Source: Catajapyx aquilonaris (taxonomy: Eukaryota). From it: a DNA stretch of 51,966 nucleotides. The notes beneath the pieces were generated by a model. The model made no database searches, was not told where the DNA came from, and saw only the letters and a list, made by a program, of their open reading frames with translations. Where the stretch lies: assembly GCA_000934665.2 (NCBI GenBank), contig JYFJ02002726.1:1-51966 (forward strand), given 5' to 3'. The stretch's first letter is position 1. Every line of letters starts with the position of its first letter. Of the stretch, positions 20,101 to 32,800 are shown piece after piece. The translations under genes and the position numbers were made by a program.

Positions 20101-23100
20101 ACAGGGTGATCCGCACAAATTATGAAACACCCTATACCGAACAAGTTGCTCGTTAGCACACACAGGAAGAACTTTTGAGAAGTATATTTTTGGAGACGGA
20201 CAAGTGATGCGCACTTTTTTACGAGTGACCCCTAAGTTTAACCTGCGTGCGTTTGGGATCAAAAACTGGTCGTCGTAAAGTTTATAGGTCGTTTGATGGC
20301 TGCCACGGAGTGACTTGAACCTCTCCAGTGTCAAGCCGCAAACCCAAAACAGTAGTAACTGACAAGATATACGAGCGTGTTTATGCCTGCTGAGAGCCGG
20401 GAGCCTGCTAATTCTGGCGCTTTTCGAAAACGCCAAAAACTTGAATGGGGACTTGGGTTGGAAGGAGCCAGAATATAGAACCAAATTTTTTTTTAAAAAA
20501 AATCGACCCTGGAATTTTAGTTTAAAAAAAAAAAGGATGGTCCCGATATCACTTGAACCTAACAATGGACAAGATTTAAGAGATGCAACCCTCGTGCAGT
20601 TTTCCCTTTTTCTTGGGAGTTGATATTCACGGCTAATTTGACCTAAAGGAAGCCTGAAACCTGGCTCGTAACTAAGGATTTCAATGGCACGTGGGACACA
20701 AATTTTGGCCCCACCGGTCTTTGAAGCACGTCGGACCTGTCTCACAATTTGGGGCCGATTTGTGCCGGAATTCTCAAGTTTTTACTATCCAGAAGACGTT
20801 TCGTTAGAATCAGTCATAAATCCGGTCATTTTTTTCACACACGTTTGATATACCGACCGGAATATTTCAACGTTGCTGGTTTGTTTAAAATTGAGAAAAG
20901 CACCTTTGTAGTAGCGTGAAATCTCAGAAATCTCTCCAGGATTTGTTAATTCAAACCAGAAGCTTTTTTTCTTTTCCTCCTGTGCTTGGGGGAAGGGTGT
21001 CATCTACGCCTTGTCAATGAAAGCCGGCATTCTGAGTCCTCTGAAGAAGTTGTGTGAGTGCTTTTTGGGGGTCCAAGAAGGGTGTTTGCCACATAGGCTG
21101 GCAATGAGCGTGTCGAGAGGTGACAAGGCGACGCAGACAGAAACACAAGACTCACCGGCATCCACCGCATCCCAAAATGTCTGTTGCATAACTCTTTTAA
21201 GTTTCGTAATTCATGTTACGAAACAATTTTATTTTCCGCAATAATATTGGTGGTGTATAGGACATAATATAGGTGCAGGTGACGGAGATGTCTGATGCCC
21301 TGACACCTTTGTTGCTGGCACTTCTTTGGCGCACTTTGCCGCTGCAGCAGCTACTGTCAGTCACATTCTTGCGACTATAACTATAGACTCTGATTGCGGT
21401 TCTAGAGTCAGCATTGCAGACAGTTGTTCTTGTACGTTTCGGAAAGGAACAGCTGGACCAGCTTTATCTGGAGCAGTGGAGTAGCCACAGGATTTCAATT
21501 ACAAAGCTGCTTGAGGAAACCTTGACCTGTGACATGTTCATGCCAATTTTTCATATGAAGTGGTGCACCGTAATGATCATACATTCAACACTTGTTTTAT
21601 CACACAATTTTTTTTTCCTCCTGTCTCGTACCCGGAAAGCTTTCTTGGCATGTTTTCCCAACCAGAAGTCAGTCGGAAGTCACAAACATCGTTAGTAAGC
21701 CACCGGAACACTTCGCCTTCTTCTTTTTATACGTCTTCCTTGACTTTAAAGAACCTCCAACTCCTTTCTATCCGTATCTGAATGAGCAGTTTTCGGTGAG
21801 GTTTGTGCCGCCCTTGCCCCGGGCAAAATAGCAACCGGATTCTAAATTTGGGGCCCCCACATTTCATGACCAAACCCTCATTATGAACGTCCTGGTTGGC
21901 TTATTTTTGTAAGAGCTGTCATTTAAGTTAGGAGTTTCCCATGTAATGTCCTTCCTCGCCACATAAACCCCTTTTGGCTGTCACTGGAAACTGGATGAGA
22001 TATGGCCACAAGTAAGATCTTCAACGACACATATTTGCAGGGAAATTAGATCTCGAGGAGAACAATTTTTTTTAAAGGCGCGGCTCTCTGAGCTCACCCA
22101 ATATTTTAGGTTAATTAAAAGCCGGCACCCGTTTTATTCTGAGCGGCCAGGAACACAAGGAGATATTCTTAGCACCGCGGCGTCTCTGTACAGGTAAATT
22201 TAGATGGGTGGCAATCAACTAGATATCATGGGAGGGAACCTACTTGGCTTCTATGGCCAATGACACACACAATTTTTATTGGAGATGATGACCGTTGCAA
22301 AGATTTTTGACGTTTCAAAGGGAAGAGGCGTGACAAGCCATGAACAGACATCAAAGGAAGGTTTCTTCTGTGGGTGCTTTTTCACTAAAGGTCGTGGTAA
22401 GGTGGCACCTTTTAGGCGTCGACGCATGCCACTCGTCGTTTACGTGCCGTCACTTCAGAGACGCTGTCTTTAAACTAAAATCTTCCACACTTCTGCTGAA
22501 AAAGATGTGCTTCTTGTTGGGCACTGGACTTATGGGGATGCTGATGCTTGCCATCACTTTGGCTTTGATTAAGACTCTGCCAAGTGATGTGCGCATCTAA
22601 TTTGGGACCGGAGCAGTTTTGGGTGATATTTGAAAGCGGCTTGTAACATGTTCATTTTTTATTCTTCAATGTAGGGAAGGGAATGCAAAAGGGTGGTTTT
22701 TAAAAATTGTACACAGAGCGTAAGCACATGGCCACACGCTGGACAATCAATGGTTCAAGCTAAGGCAATCAGCTGCACGACAACCATCGACTGCGCTTGC
22801 TTTGTGATACCATCTCTTGATATGCTAGGAGAGTTATGTACTTTTTTTTCTACAGGTAACTTACATGAAATTTGAACAGGTGATAAAAGTCTTAAGCTCA
22901 AAACCTTTCACTTCGTATTTTTACATTCACTCATTGTCACAGCGGAAATGGAAGAAATTGGAGTCATAACCTAAGTGACCCTGCACTTTTCATTTTTTTT
23001 ACACCTCGTTCAGAGAGAGAAAAAAAAAACAACTGTGTCTGTCTTTTATGCCTTCCGGTCATAACGTCACTCCCAGACACACATTTGGGAACCTTGCTGT

Positions 23101-24792
23101 GCCATGATTTGGCACAGCATATTATTGTCATGCGTCAGACTGACTGCATAGAAAAATACTGGATAGCATGGAAAAGACTTTCATGATGCTTCTTGGAGTG
23201 AGTCCTTGATATGACCTGCCATCCCCCCTCACATGTCCTGGATATGGAAGCAAGTGTTTACTTTTCACAGTTCAAAAGTGCGGAGCTGTCTCAAAAATTC
23301 ATGTCTGCATTGAAATTGGCCCCCTGAATAATGAGCAATCAGTCTTTGAAATCATATTAAATTTGTTGTTGCGGAAGGGGAGAGGGGATGGTATGGACTC
23401 CTGTTAAATTACTTTTTCAGTGGTACTTGCCATTACCTTGCAATGCTACCTTAGGGGATAAGCTAGGACCGAGTACACAGAGACAGTAAAATATACAAAG
23501 CGAGTTTGATTACAGCTGCCGCTTTAGCTCGCACACTATCATACATGCCTGATGCAAACTTCTAGTTCTTAAATAACTGCTACCAGCTGCTACTTAGCAG
23601 AAATTTTTATTTTAAAGTGTAACAGCATTCGGCAACTACTTGGGCTCGGCATTACGCCATTTTCATTTCATGCAGTTTCTAGGCAAAGCTATCAAAGAGC
23701 ATACATTTTTCACCAAATTGCATTCCTAGTCAAATGTCAGATCACGAAACAGTTACTGCTGCCTTGGCATTTCACTCTGGCAGTTGCGAAATGCAGTGTG
23801 ATCCCTACATGTAAGAAAATGAAAAATAAGTACTGAAAAAATTGCAACAATATTCCACTCCTGTCATTTAGACAATCTGCAACACTGCATGAAGTTGGAT
23901 TTACACTATACAATATTACAAACAACCTTTGAGTGACTAAAAGACATATGATTGGAGCTCTTTGGTAAAACACATAAGGCATTTAGCTGCTTTTTGTTGG
24001 TTTTTTGGGGGGCTTAGTTGGTACGGGAAAATGTCTCTCAGATCTCTCTTCTTATTGTCGGTTTATTTGAGGCAATACTGGTCTTTCAATTTTCCTGGTA
24101 GAAAGGAAATGGTGTGGCTGGTGCATATCCATAGCCAAGTAATCTCTCAGCCAATACAGACTGTAAAATATTGCTTGATCCACATGCTCAAGTAATATTT
24201 CAGTCAGCATGACTGTGGCTTACAGTTGCTGACAGTAAACATGCTGTAATGCTTTTCACCCCCCATTTTAAATCTAAAATGACATTACATTCCTCCTGCA
24301 CACCTCTGTAAAGTTGAAGTTTTGCCAGTTCATATAGCTTAAGCCATACTGAGGAGAAAGGATTTTTCAGTTGAGTTCCAGATTGCACAGATGCATTGTA
24401 AATTTATGCTACTTCCCTGTTAATTAAACTACAGATCCCTGCATTACCTTCAGTGTGACAATATTCTGAAGTGAACTGCTGCATGGGAGTACACGAGTGA
24501 GAAAAAAATACTGATCATCCCTTCTGATATGAGATCCTGTTCGCAGCCCAAGTTATGAAATAACAGTAACAACTTCCTTAGGAGTTTCACATTCCATAAA
24601 CTTAAGTAATGCTGATAACTCATTAGTAACATTATAGCATGTTTTTATGTGAATGCACTCTTCCATTCACAACATCTTTAAAACAATTAATCTCCATGTT
24701 CACTCAAGTCCTATTTTACCTAGAAAATGTGTGGGACCAGTACTTGGGAGAGCTGCACTCAGGGTTGGGATTTAGAAACCATGGGGCAGGTT

Positions 24793-25743
24793 TCATGTCC
24801 CTTGCAGGGTTAGGAAGGGCAAACTGTCTCTCCGCGTGAGGACGCAAGCGAGCACGAACAGAAGCCCAAAGTAAATGTTGAGCTTGGCAGTCCTCTTGGG
24901 CACATCCTTCACCCTCCCGCACCGAAACTGCTTTTCCAGGCGGAAGGCAGACGGCAGTGTCAGCAGTGGGAAGAGGAACCAGTATGAGTGGTGCAAGGCC
25001 AGCACCACCAGGGCTGTGTATGGAGAGAAGAGGAGGAAGGCGTACAGCACATGCGAGGCGGTGTCCCCAACCAGAATGGCCAGCGTGACGATCCCAGCAC
25101 GGGCGTCAGACTCCATGTCACGCGTGTTGTTGCTGTGAAGGATGGCCTCCGTGTTGAGGGCAAGCGGGACAGCATAGTACATCGCGCCCCAGTCGAACCG
25201 CCCAGTTTGGGCAAGGAACGAGAACAGCAGCGTTACAGGCCCGAATATGACCAATATCAGAACATCACCTAGCGCAATGTACTTCAACCCAATCCCTCCT
25301 GTGTACAAAAACGAGCTTGACAGGCCACCAAAGTACACCAGGGCAAGGTGCTCCATACGTGCTGGCGACAGAGCAGCCAACACGATGAACCCCAAGCACC
25401 CCAGGCCGTACAGGGTGGCTCCAAGCGTCACAACCTCATCCTGCGACAGTATATGGTCAACCAGGGTCCGGTCCTCACTAGCTTTCTGGCTGTCTATTCC
25501 CTTCACATAGTCATAGTACGTGTTGACCAGGTTTCCAGCGCCATGGACCGACAGCGCCGTAAGTAGCGTAACCAGCAGCGTAGCCAGGCTGCAATCCCCT
25601 GTGCTCTTGTGTGCCAGCGCGCATCCAAGCAGCACCGGCACCAGCGATGCAGAGAACGACCACGGTCGCAGCGCCAGGACATAAGAGGAGAACTTCATCA
25701 GGGCCGGCGCCTCCTTCGGCCCCTTCACATTATTCTCACTCAT
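24793..25743 (-). CDS. UBIAD1: UbiA prenyltransferase domain-containing protein 1 (heixuedian; vitamin K2/MK-4 prenyltransferase), single coding exon
   Basis: YVLALRPWSFSASL, GNLVNTYYDYVKGID, DRTLVD, YTGGIGLKYIALGD and AILHSNNTRDMESD (NxxxD motifs), with multiple TM segments. A splice acceptor ttccag lies directly before the ATG, implying an upstream exon. Confidence 0.96.
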   Translation of the reverse strand: MSENNVKGPKEAPALMKFSSYVLALRPWSFSASLVPVLLGCALAHKSTGDCSLATLLVTLLTALSVHGAGNLVNTYYDYVKGIDSQKASEDRTLVDHILSQDEVVTLGATLYGLGCLGFIVLAALSPARMEHLALVYFGGLSSSFLYTGGIGLKYIALGDVLILVIFGPVTLLFSFLAQTGRFDWGAMYYAVPLALNTEAILHSNNTRDMESDARAGIVTLAILVGDTASHVLYAFLLFSPYTALVVLALHHSYWFLFPLLTLPSAFRLEKQFRCGRVKDVPKRTAKLNIYFGLLFVLACVLTRRDSLPFLTLQGT

Positions 25744-25844
25744 CCTGGAAGGTAAACACACCAGTTACTACACCGCAACACTTCATCGCACTTGTACTAC
25801 AAATAAAACAATATTTGCACCCTGCTGCGTTATCTACATGCAAA

Positions 25845-26192
25845 CGTTTGCTTGTTTGTTTGCCCAGATGTGGGTTTCCATGGAAATCTTGACAAGCAAA
25901 CGCCCGTTTCCATGGAAACCCTGCCGGTTGGAAATCTGGACAAACAGACGAGCACACACTGCCACCCATTTCTATGGAAACCCACATCTGGACAGACATA
26001 CCTGGTTGCCATGGAAATGGGTGTTTGCTTGTCCAGATTTCCATGGCAACCAGGTATGTCTGTTTGCTTGTCTGTTTGTCCAGATGTGGGTTTCCATAGA
26101 ATGGGCAGTGCGTGTGCTCGTTTGTTTGTCCGGATTTCCATGGCAACCAGAACAGGTACAGTATGTCTGTTTGTTCGTTTGTCCATGGCAAC
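25845..26192. repeat. Foldback/minisatellite array containing about 8 X-box-like CCATGG-centred palindromes
   Basis: Units occur at 25874, 25906, 25968, 26005, 26037, 26090, 26134 and 26179. Perfect 27-bp arms at 25992-26018/26037-26063 lie within an imperfect palindrome at 25929-26140. Confidence 0.85.
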
Positions 26193-26831
26193 CGGGGGGG
26201 TATGCTATTAATAGTGCCTACAACGCTAATATTTTGAGTAGGTACCTCCCGACGAGGCCGGCAGCAGCATGTCAGGTCATCATCATCGGGCAGAAGGAAT
26301 TCCGCCCAAAGAACGGTGCACAGCACAGCAGCATCTGGGTTACCGCATCGACACACACTCTGATGGTTGTGGGGCACTGGCGGACAGAGGGCACTGGGGT
26401 GTGTGTGGATCTGAAATGCATTGAGCGGAGGTAAAGGCACCTGGTGGAGGGGACTCGTCACTAATGGGAGAGCGGGTAGTAGGCGGGCGGACGGAGGATG
26501 GAAAACATGGTGGATCACCACACCGCTTCCCTTCATTCATCTCTCTCTCCGTTGGTGATGATGGAATGATTGGAGTTATGTAATAACCAGTGTATGTTAT
26601 GCACTCGGAGTGTGTCCCCCGGGGCGGATTGTCGGACAGGAGGAGGGTGACAATGTGCCGTGGGACAGGATGAGATGGGGCCGCACAAGCCACCTTGGCC
26701 CCCCCTGGAACACCTTTTGACCCCAGGGTGAGTTGGAACGTTCCAAAGTGTCTACTCATGTACCTGTTCTATGTACATTATTATTGGAATGTTGCGCTTG
26801 CAGGCCTAGGAAGTGAAGACAGAGCCCAACC

Positions 26832-29800
26832 ATGCCGTCGCAAGTCATGGCCCAGTTTGTGACTGGGCTGAAGGCCAGAAGCGAGGAGACCAGGACGAAG
26901 GCAGCCAGGGATCTCTACCATTATGTACTGCACCCATTCATAATAACAACAACAACAATAATAATAAACAATAGGCAATAGAATGCGACAAATCAATGCT
27001 TGAAAGTTGCAGTTGACAACTTCCTATCCAATTTTTACAGTACAATTTGTAAGCGACAAATGCAACCATAAAGTAAGAAATGAAGCATTGCTTTTGTGCA
27101 GATGATCAGGTAGATCAAGTTAGATCCGGTGTGATCCGCACGATTTCAGGCTTGAGTTTGGTCGCTGATTCATTGGGACAGAATGAGTAGTGGAATGATC
27201 GTTTCATTTGTGTCTGGGCAGGTTATGACTGAACTGAGGGAGGTGCCGGTGGAGGACTTGTCTGCCTTCATGGATGACTTCAACCACCACATTTTTGAGA
27301 TGGTTTCCAGCTCCGACAGCAATGAGAAGAAGGGTGGGATACTCGCAATTGGTATGTTATCAACTTGGTACTCATGGATGTCGAATTATTTACACGTAGG
27401 ATGTCAATTACATATAGGGGGTGCACATCCTCTCTGATTTAAGCTTCGTGCAAATTTGCATGGTGATTTTGCCCATTATGTCTTCATTACAATGATAATA
27501 GCTTGTTAATAATACACATTAGTAGTTAGTGAAACGCAGTTATTTATATTATGCGCAATTTCCAGTGAGCCTGATTGGTGTAGACGTGGGGAACACCTCA
27601 ACACGTATCAGCCGCTTTGCTAACTACCTCCGCAACCTCCTGCCATCTAACGATGTTGGAGTGATGGAGCTGGCCGCCCGTGCTGTTGGCAAACTTGCCT
27701 TGGTGTCTGGCACTTACACTGCGGAATACGTGGAGTTTGAAGTGAAGCGTGCATTCGAGTGGCTAGGGGGAGACCGGCAAGAGGGAAAGCGCCATGCAGC
27801 AGTCTTGGTTCTTCGGGAGCTGGCAGTGGCCATGCCTACCTTCTTCTTCCAGCAGGTGCAACAGTTTTTTGACGTCATCTTCAATGCAGTGAAGGACCCC
27901 AAGCCAGTCATCAGGGAGGGAGCAGTCGAGGCCCTGAGGGCTGCTCTGGTTGTGACGGCACAAAGGGAATCAACTAAACAGATGCAGCAGCGGCCTCAGT
28001 GGTACAAACAGTGTTACGACGAGGCACAGCATGGGTTTGATGACCTTCCAGTCAAAGAGAGAGGTGTCAACAGGGAGGACCGGATCCACGGATCACTGCT
28101 GGTCCTCAACGAACTGTTTCGGTGTTCAAATGCTGACTGGGAAAGGGTGTACGGGGACCTTAAGGACAAGATGCATCATCAGCAAGGACCAGCCCCATCC
28201 AGGGTGAGTCTATTACTGTCACTGTATTTTCTCGCATCAGATACTGGTCGTTCGAGATGGCCAGGTGGACTGTAAGGCCTACCTGGTCATCGCTGGTAAC
28301 CCCATCTTGATGGGAATATGCCGTGAAGGAAATGTATGTATGTATGTAGATCAGAAAACTGATGACGTGTGTGTGTGGGCCAGTGATGTATTGACTGCAG
28401 TTGGTATTGGACATGTGTTCTGAAACGTGAAATACTTATGTTGTAGGTATCAATCTTGAGCCTGGGTAACAGGTCAAAACCTCAGCAGCTGTTCTCAGCC
28501 AGCAGCCTCCAGACGAAGCTGTCTAGTTCCAGTTTTCCATTCAACTTGACCATCCCAGCTGCTCCTGGGGGTCACCATGCTGTGTTCGAGAGTGCTTCAT
28601 GCAGGCAGCTCATGTCGGAGCACTATGACCATGTGTGTGGACAAGTCTTCCTCCAGAGGGGACTCAGGAATCCATATATTCAACAGGCACTCCTGTCTGT
28701 CCTCCCAAGACTGGCTGCTTTTAACAAGGACAAGTTCATCAAGAGGTGAGCTTCTGTGAAATGTAGTAATGTTAAAATTGTGAACAATTTGGGTTGCGGA
28801 GTATATATGAAAAGGATTACGAAATGTTCTTGCCCCACTCCTTCCCCCACCCCTACTACATCCTCCCCATGCCAGACGAGAGCTACAGTTGAGTCTCTCA
28901 TGGCAGCGGGTTAGGTATGGCACCAGTGGAAATCTATGCAGAGTTTCTTTGCATGCAGCTTCGTTTGTTACTCACTTGGTTTTTATCCCCCAGCTCTCTT
29001 TTTCCAATACCAGATGCGCTGTTCAAATGAAAGGTTTTCTCACTGGAATAAATTAGCCATGCAATAATTACGATGTAGAAAGATAACCATACTGCTTCCC
29101 TTTTACAATATGAAGTGAAGAATCTTAACTGCACTGTGAAAGAAATTTGACAAAACAAAAGTATGGAAATTACGACATTGCAGAACATTAGTATGAATTC
29201 ATATAAATTGTATGTGATAATTATATTACTCCTACAAAATTTGTGATCTAGTACGAAGAACCAAGGCAAGAAATATTTGATTTGGGGATATATTAGAGTT
29301 CCCAATGGGAAATTGGTGTGTTGTAGGCACCTTTTGTCTTCACATGCAGGCTGGTGAAATTCAAATATGAGAGTACGAGTGAGTGTCAGGAGTCAGGTAG
29401 TTGACCTCTTCATTTGAACAACATGAATACATTGTGCAATTTCGGCATACTGTTAACATGTTTGACACTTTTAAATATGTTCCTTATAAATGCCATAAGC
29501 ATGAAAACACCATGCACAGCTTTACGGTTTTTTATTGTAAGCATATGTGCTTTTGGCAATGGAGTTTTCACAAAACAGTTTTGAAAGATGTGAAGAAATG
29601 GCTTTGCCTCGCTGCTGTAGATAGGATTGAATCACTCTTTCTCTGGAACTTACCTATTTCTTTGCCTTTCAGCTACCTCCAAGTAAGCATGAGTTACTTG
29701 CTGATATGTCTGAGAGGCAAAGAGAAAGAGAGGAGTAATGGATTTACTACAATTGGACTAATTGCTGTGGCTGTTGACGGCGATCTGAAGCATTTCTTGC

Positions 29801-32800
29801 CTCGAGTTATGGAGGTCATTCGAGGATCTCTGCCAACCAAGGTATTATCTTCTCCTCTGTTTTTGGCCTATGATTTTTCCCTCTGCCTGTAGCCTAATAC
29901 GGTATGCACAAACAAGCAGGGAAAAGCAACTATTTTGGGAAATGACAGGAAATGATGCAGGTGGCTCTGTGTGTTTGTAGGGCGGCATTCTACACTGCAA
30001 GGAAAGAATGCAAGGAATTTATTGTGCCCTTGAACTGTAAGGAACATCATTTCTGTATGGCTGTCATTTCGTGCCTCTTGCATAATCAGTTCAATTAATG
30101 TTTATGTCTGGCGGTACTGGAGTGCAGGAGAGACGGGGATTCATAAATAAGAATTACTGACCATTAAAATGAGATTTGTTGTTTTAGGAAACACCGACAA
30201 AGAAACGGACCCAAGCTATAGATCCAGCAGTATTCACATGCATAACGATGCTGGCCAGGGCAGTGAAGCTGCAGCTCAAGACAGACGTCAAAGATTTGCT
30301 GGAACCAATGCTGGCCACAGGGCTGAGTCCCTCTCTCACAGCCGCCCTTAGGGAGCTGGCCATTCAGATACCACCGCTGAAGAAGGAGATTGCGGACGGC
30401 CTGCTCAGGATGCTTTCCTACACTTTGATGCACCGGCCGTTGCATCATCCTGGGATGCCCAAGAACCTCATTCCCACAATGTCACCAGGGCTGACACCTG
30501 AGCCCAATGACGTAGCTAGTCTAGTTCTGGCTCTCAGGACACTCGGAAACTTTGATTTCGATGGTCAGTTGAAGTCAGTTTCGTTCTTTTGTCTTCCTCA
30601 TTCTGAGGTAGCATGAGTTTATCCATTTCTTTAGTTCCCTAAAATAATGAACCTATTCTTCTGCAGGTCACTCCCTGCTGCAGTTTGTACGACACTGTGC
30701 TGACAACTTTTTGACGAGTGAACAGAAGGAAGTGAGGCTGGAGGCAGTGCGCACATGCAGCAGGCTCTTGAGGCTGGCCTTGCAGACTTGCAATACAAAC
30801 AGGCCCTCCCAGACGCTAATGACCACTGTTGGGGATGTACTAAGCAAGCTTCTAGTTGTCGGAATCACTGACACAGGTGAAGTAGTTGTGCCAAATGCAT
30901 TTGCTATTTCTGGATAGCTCAAAATTAATCATTTCATAGTGTATGCTTATCATACTGGAGTACTTACAGTTAGTGAAGCATGAAATGCAAATGTATGCTA
31001 TTTCACGCAGATGCTGAGGTTAGATACTGCGTTTTGGAGTCACTGGATGCCCGGTTTGATGACCACTTGGCCCAAGCTGACAACCTTGGGGCTCTGTTTG
31101 TGGCTGTGAATGATGAAGTATTCGAGATACGTGAGCTGGCCATCTGCACCATTGGGCGTCTGAGTGGGAAGAACCCTGCCTATGTTTTGCCGTCACTGAG
31201 GACTATTCTTATTCAGGTTGGTTCAGATTTATGGCCCAGTATTCATTCACATGTGGAGCATAAATTGGATTTTCTTCACCATGCTTCTATAAAACTTGGT
31301 GATAGTGTATTATGATGCGCGTAACATCAGAGGGGAAACGACACCTATGTCAACCTTCATAGTGTTGTAAATAGACATTGATTGATCTCACTTTGATTTC
31401 TGGCAGCTTCTGGCAGAACTGGAATTCAGTGGCATAGGACGCAACAAGGAACAGAGCGCACGGATGCTTGGCCACCTGGTGTCAAGTGCTCCCCGCTTGA
31501 TTAAGGCCTATATGGAACCAATCCTCAAGGTGCTAGTCCCCAAGCTGAAGGAGCAAGATCCAAACCCTGGTGTGATGATCAGCGTTCTGACTGCAGTGGG
31601 TGACCTAGCCCAAGTCAGTGGCACTGCCATGCGACCTTGGATGGATGAGCTACTGTCCATTCTCCTGGACATGCTGGCTGATGCTGGGAGTCCTGCTCGC
31701 AGAGGTGTGTCTCTTTGGACTTTGGGACAGCTGGTGGAGAGCACGGGATACGTCATCACTCCTTACCACCAGTTCCCTTCACTGCTGGATGTCCTCCTGA
31801 ACTTCCTTAAAACGGAGCAGCAACCACTCATACGGCGTGAGACCATTAAGGTATTGTTGCTTTTAAAATAATTGCGCAGTTTCAAGAGATGTTGTTTTCA
31901 TGTGAGGTTTATGTGGCTTCTCTTTAGGTGTTGGGACTTTTGGGTGCACTTGACCCATACAAGCACAAGATGGACTTGGGACAAATTGATGCACAAGGTG
32001 GCTCAATAGCATTGGTGTCCATGACTGACCCCAAAGGCGAGATGGAGGCGAATCAGGATCTGAGTACCAGTGAGATGCTTGTCAACATGGGACCAACATC
32101 TTTGGAAGAGTTTTATCCAGCTGTGGCAATATCAATGCTGATGAGAGTGATTCGCGACCCAACCCTTTTTCAGCATCACACCATGGTGGTGCAGGCTGTC
32201 ACATTCATTTTTAAGTCATTGGGGATCAAGTGTGTGCCATATATATCCCAAGTCATGCCCAGCTTGTTCAATGTGATAAGGACGGCTGATGTGAACTTCA
32301 GGGACTTCCTCTTCCAGCAGCTAGGTGTGCTCATCTCCATTGTGAAGCAGCACATTAGGAACTACCTTGACGATATCTTTGAGCTCATCAAAGTAAGTCG
32401 TGATTCTTGATTCAAAAGAAATTTTGTTAATGAGGTGTATCTTTTGCCAGGAATTTTGGACAGTTAACAGTCCACTCCAGACAACGATTATACTCTTGGT
32501 GGAGCACATAGCAATTGCACTGGGAGCTGAGTTTAAGGTCTACCTCTCACAACTAATCCCTCAAATTCTACGGGTGTTGATGCATGACACTAGCAAAGAG
32601 CGGATAGTGACTGCTAAGGTATGCTATTATTTCATAAGTCCTGCAGTGCATTAATGTGTTGATAATATATTGTCATGCTTTATTCTGATTTCTTTACAGT
32701 TACTTAATGCACTCCAAAAGTTTGGGAACAACTTGGATGACTACATGCATTTAGTTCTACCTCCTGTGGTGCGCTTGTTTGATGCTGCAGATGTCCCTAT

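Noticed and set aside
18915..20135. CAGGGTG/CACCCTG mariner-type end fragments (19050, 20102; also 11809)
   Set aside because: I could not pair them into an element with matching TIRs and TSDs.
20092..20745. 217-aa minus-strand ORF
   Set aside because: It has a non-ATG start and F/K/L-rich composition from A/T runs. It looks like non-coding repeat DNA.
25845..26192. CRISPR-like array of palindromic repeats
   Set aside because: The context is eukaryotic and there are no cas genes. The spacers are themselves repeated or inverted and irregular, so this is a foldback repeat.
25736..26536. Long overlapping ORFs (266, 198, 119 and 118 aa)
   Set aside because: These are translations of the palindromic repeat (recurring GNPHLDKQT/PWQP peptides on both strands) with no domain features.
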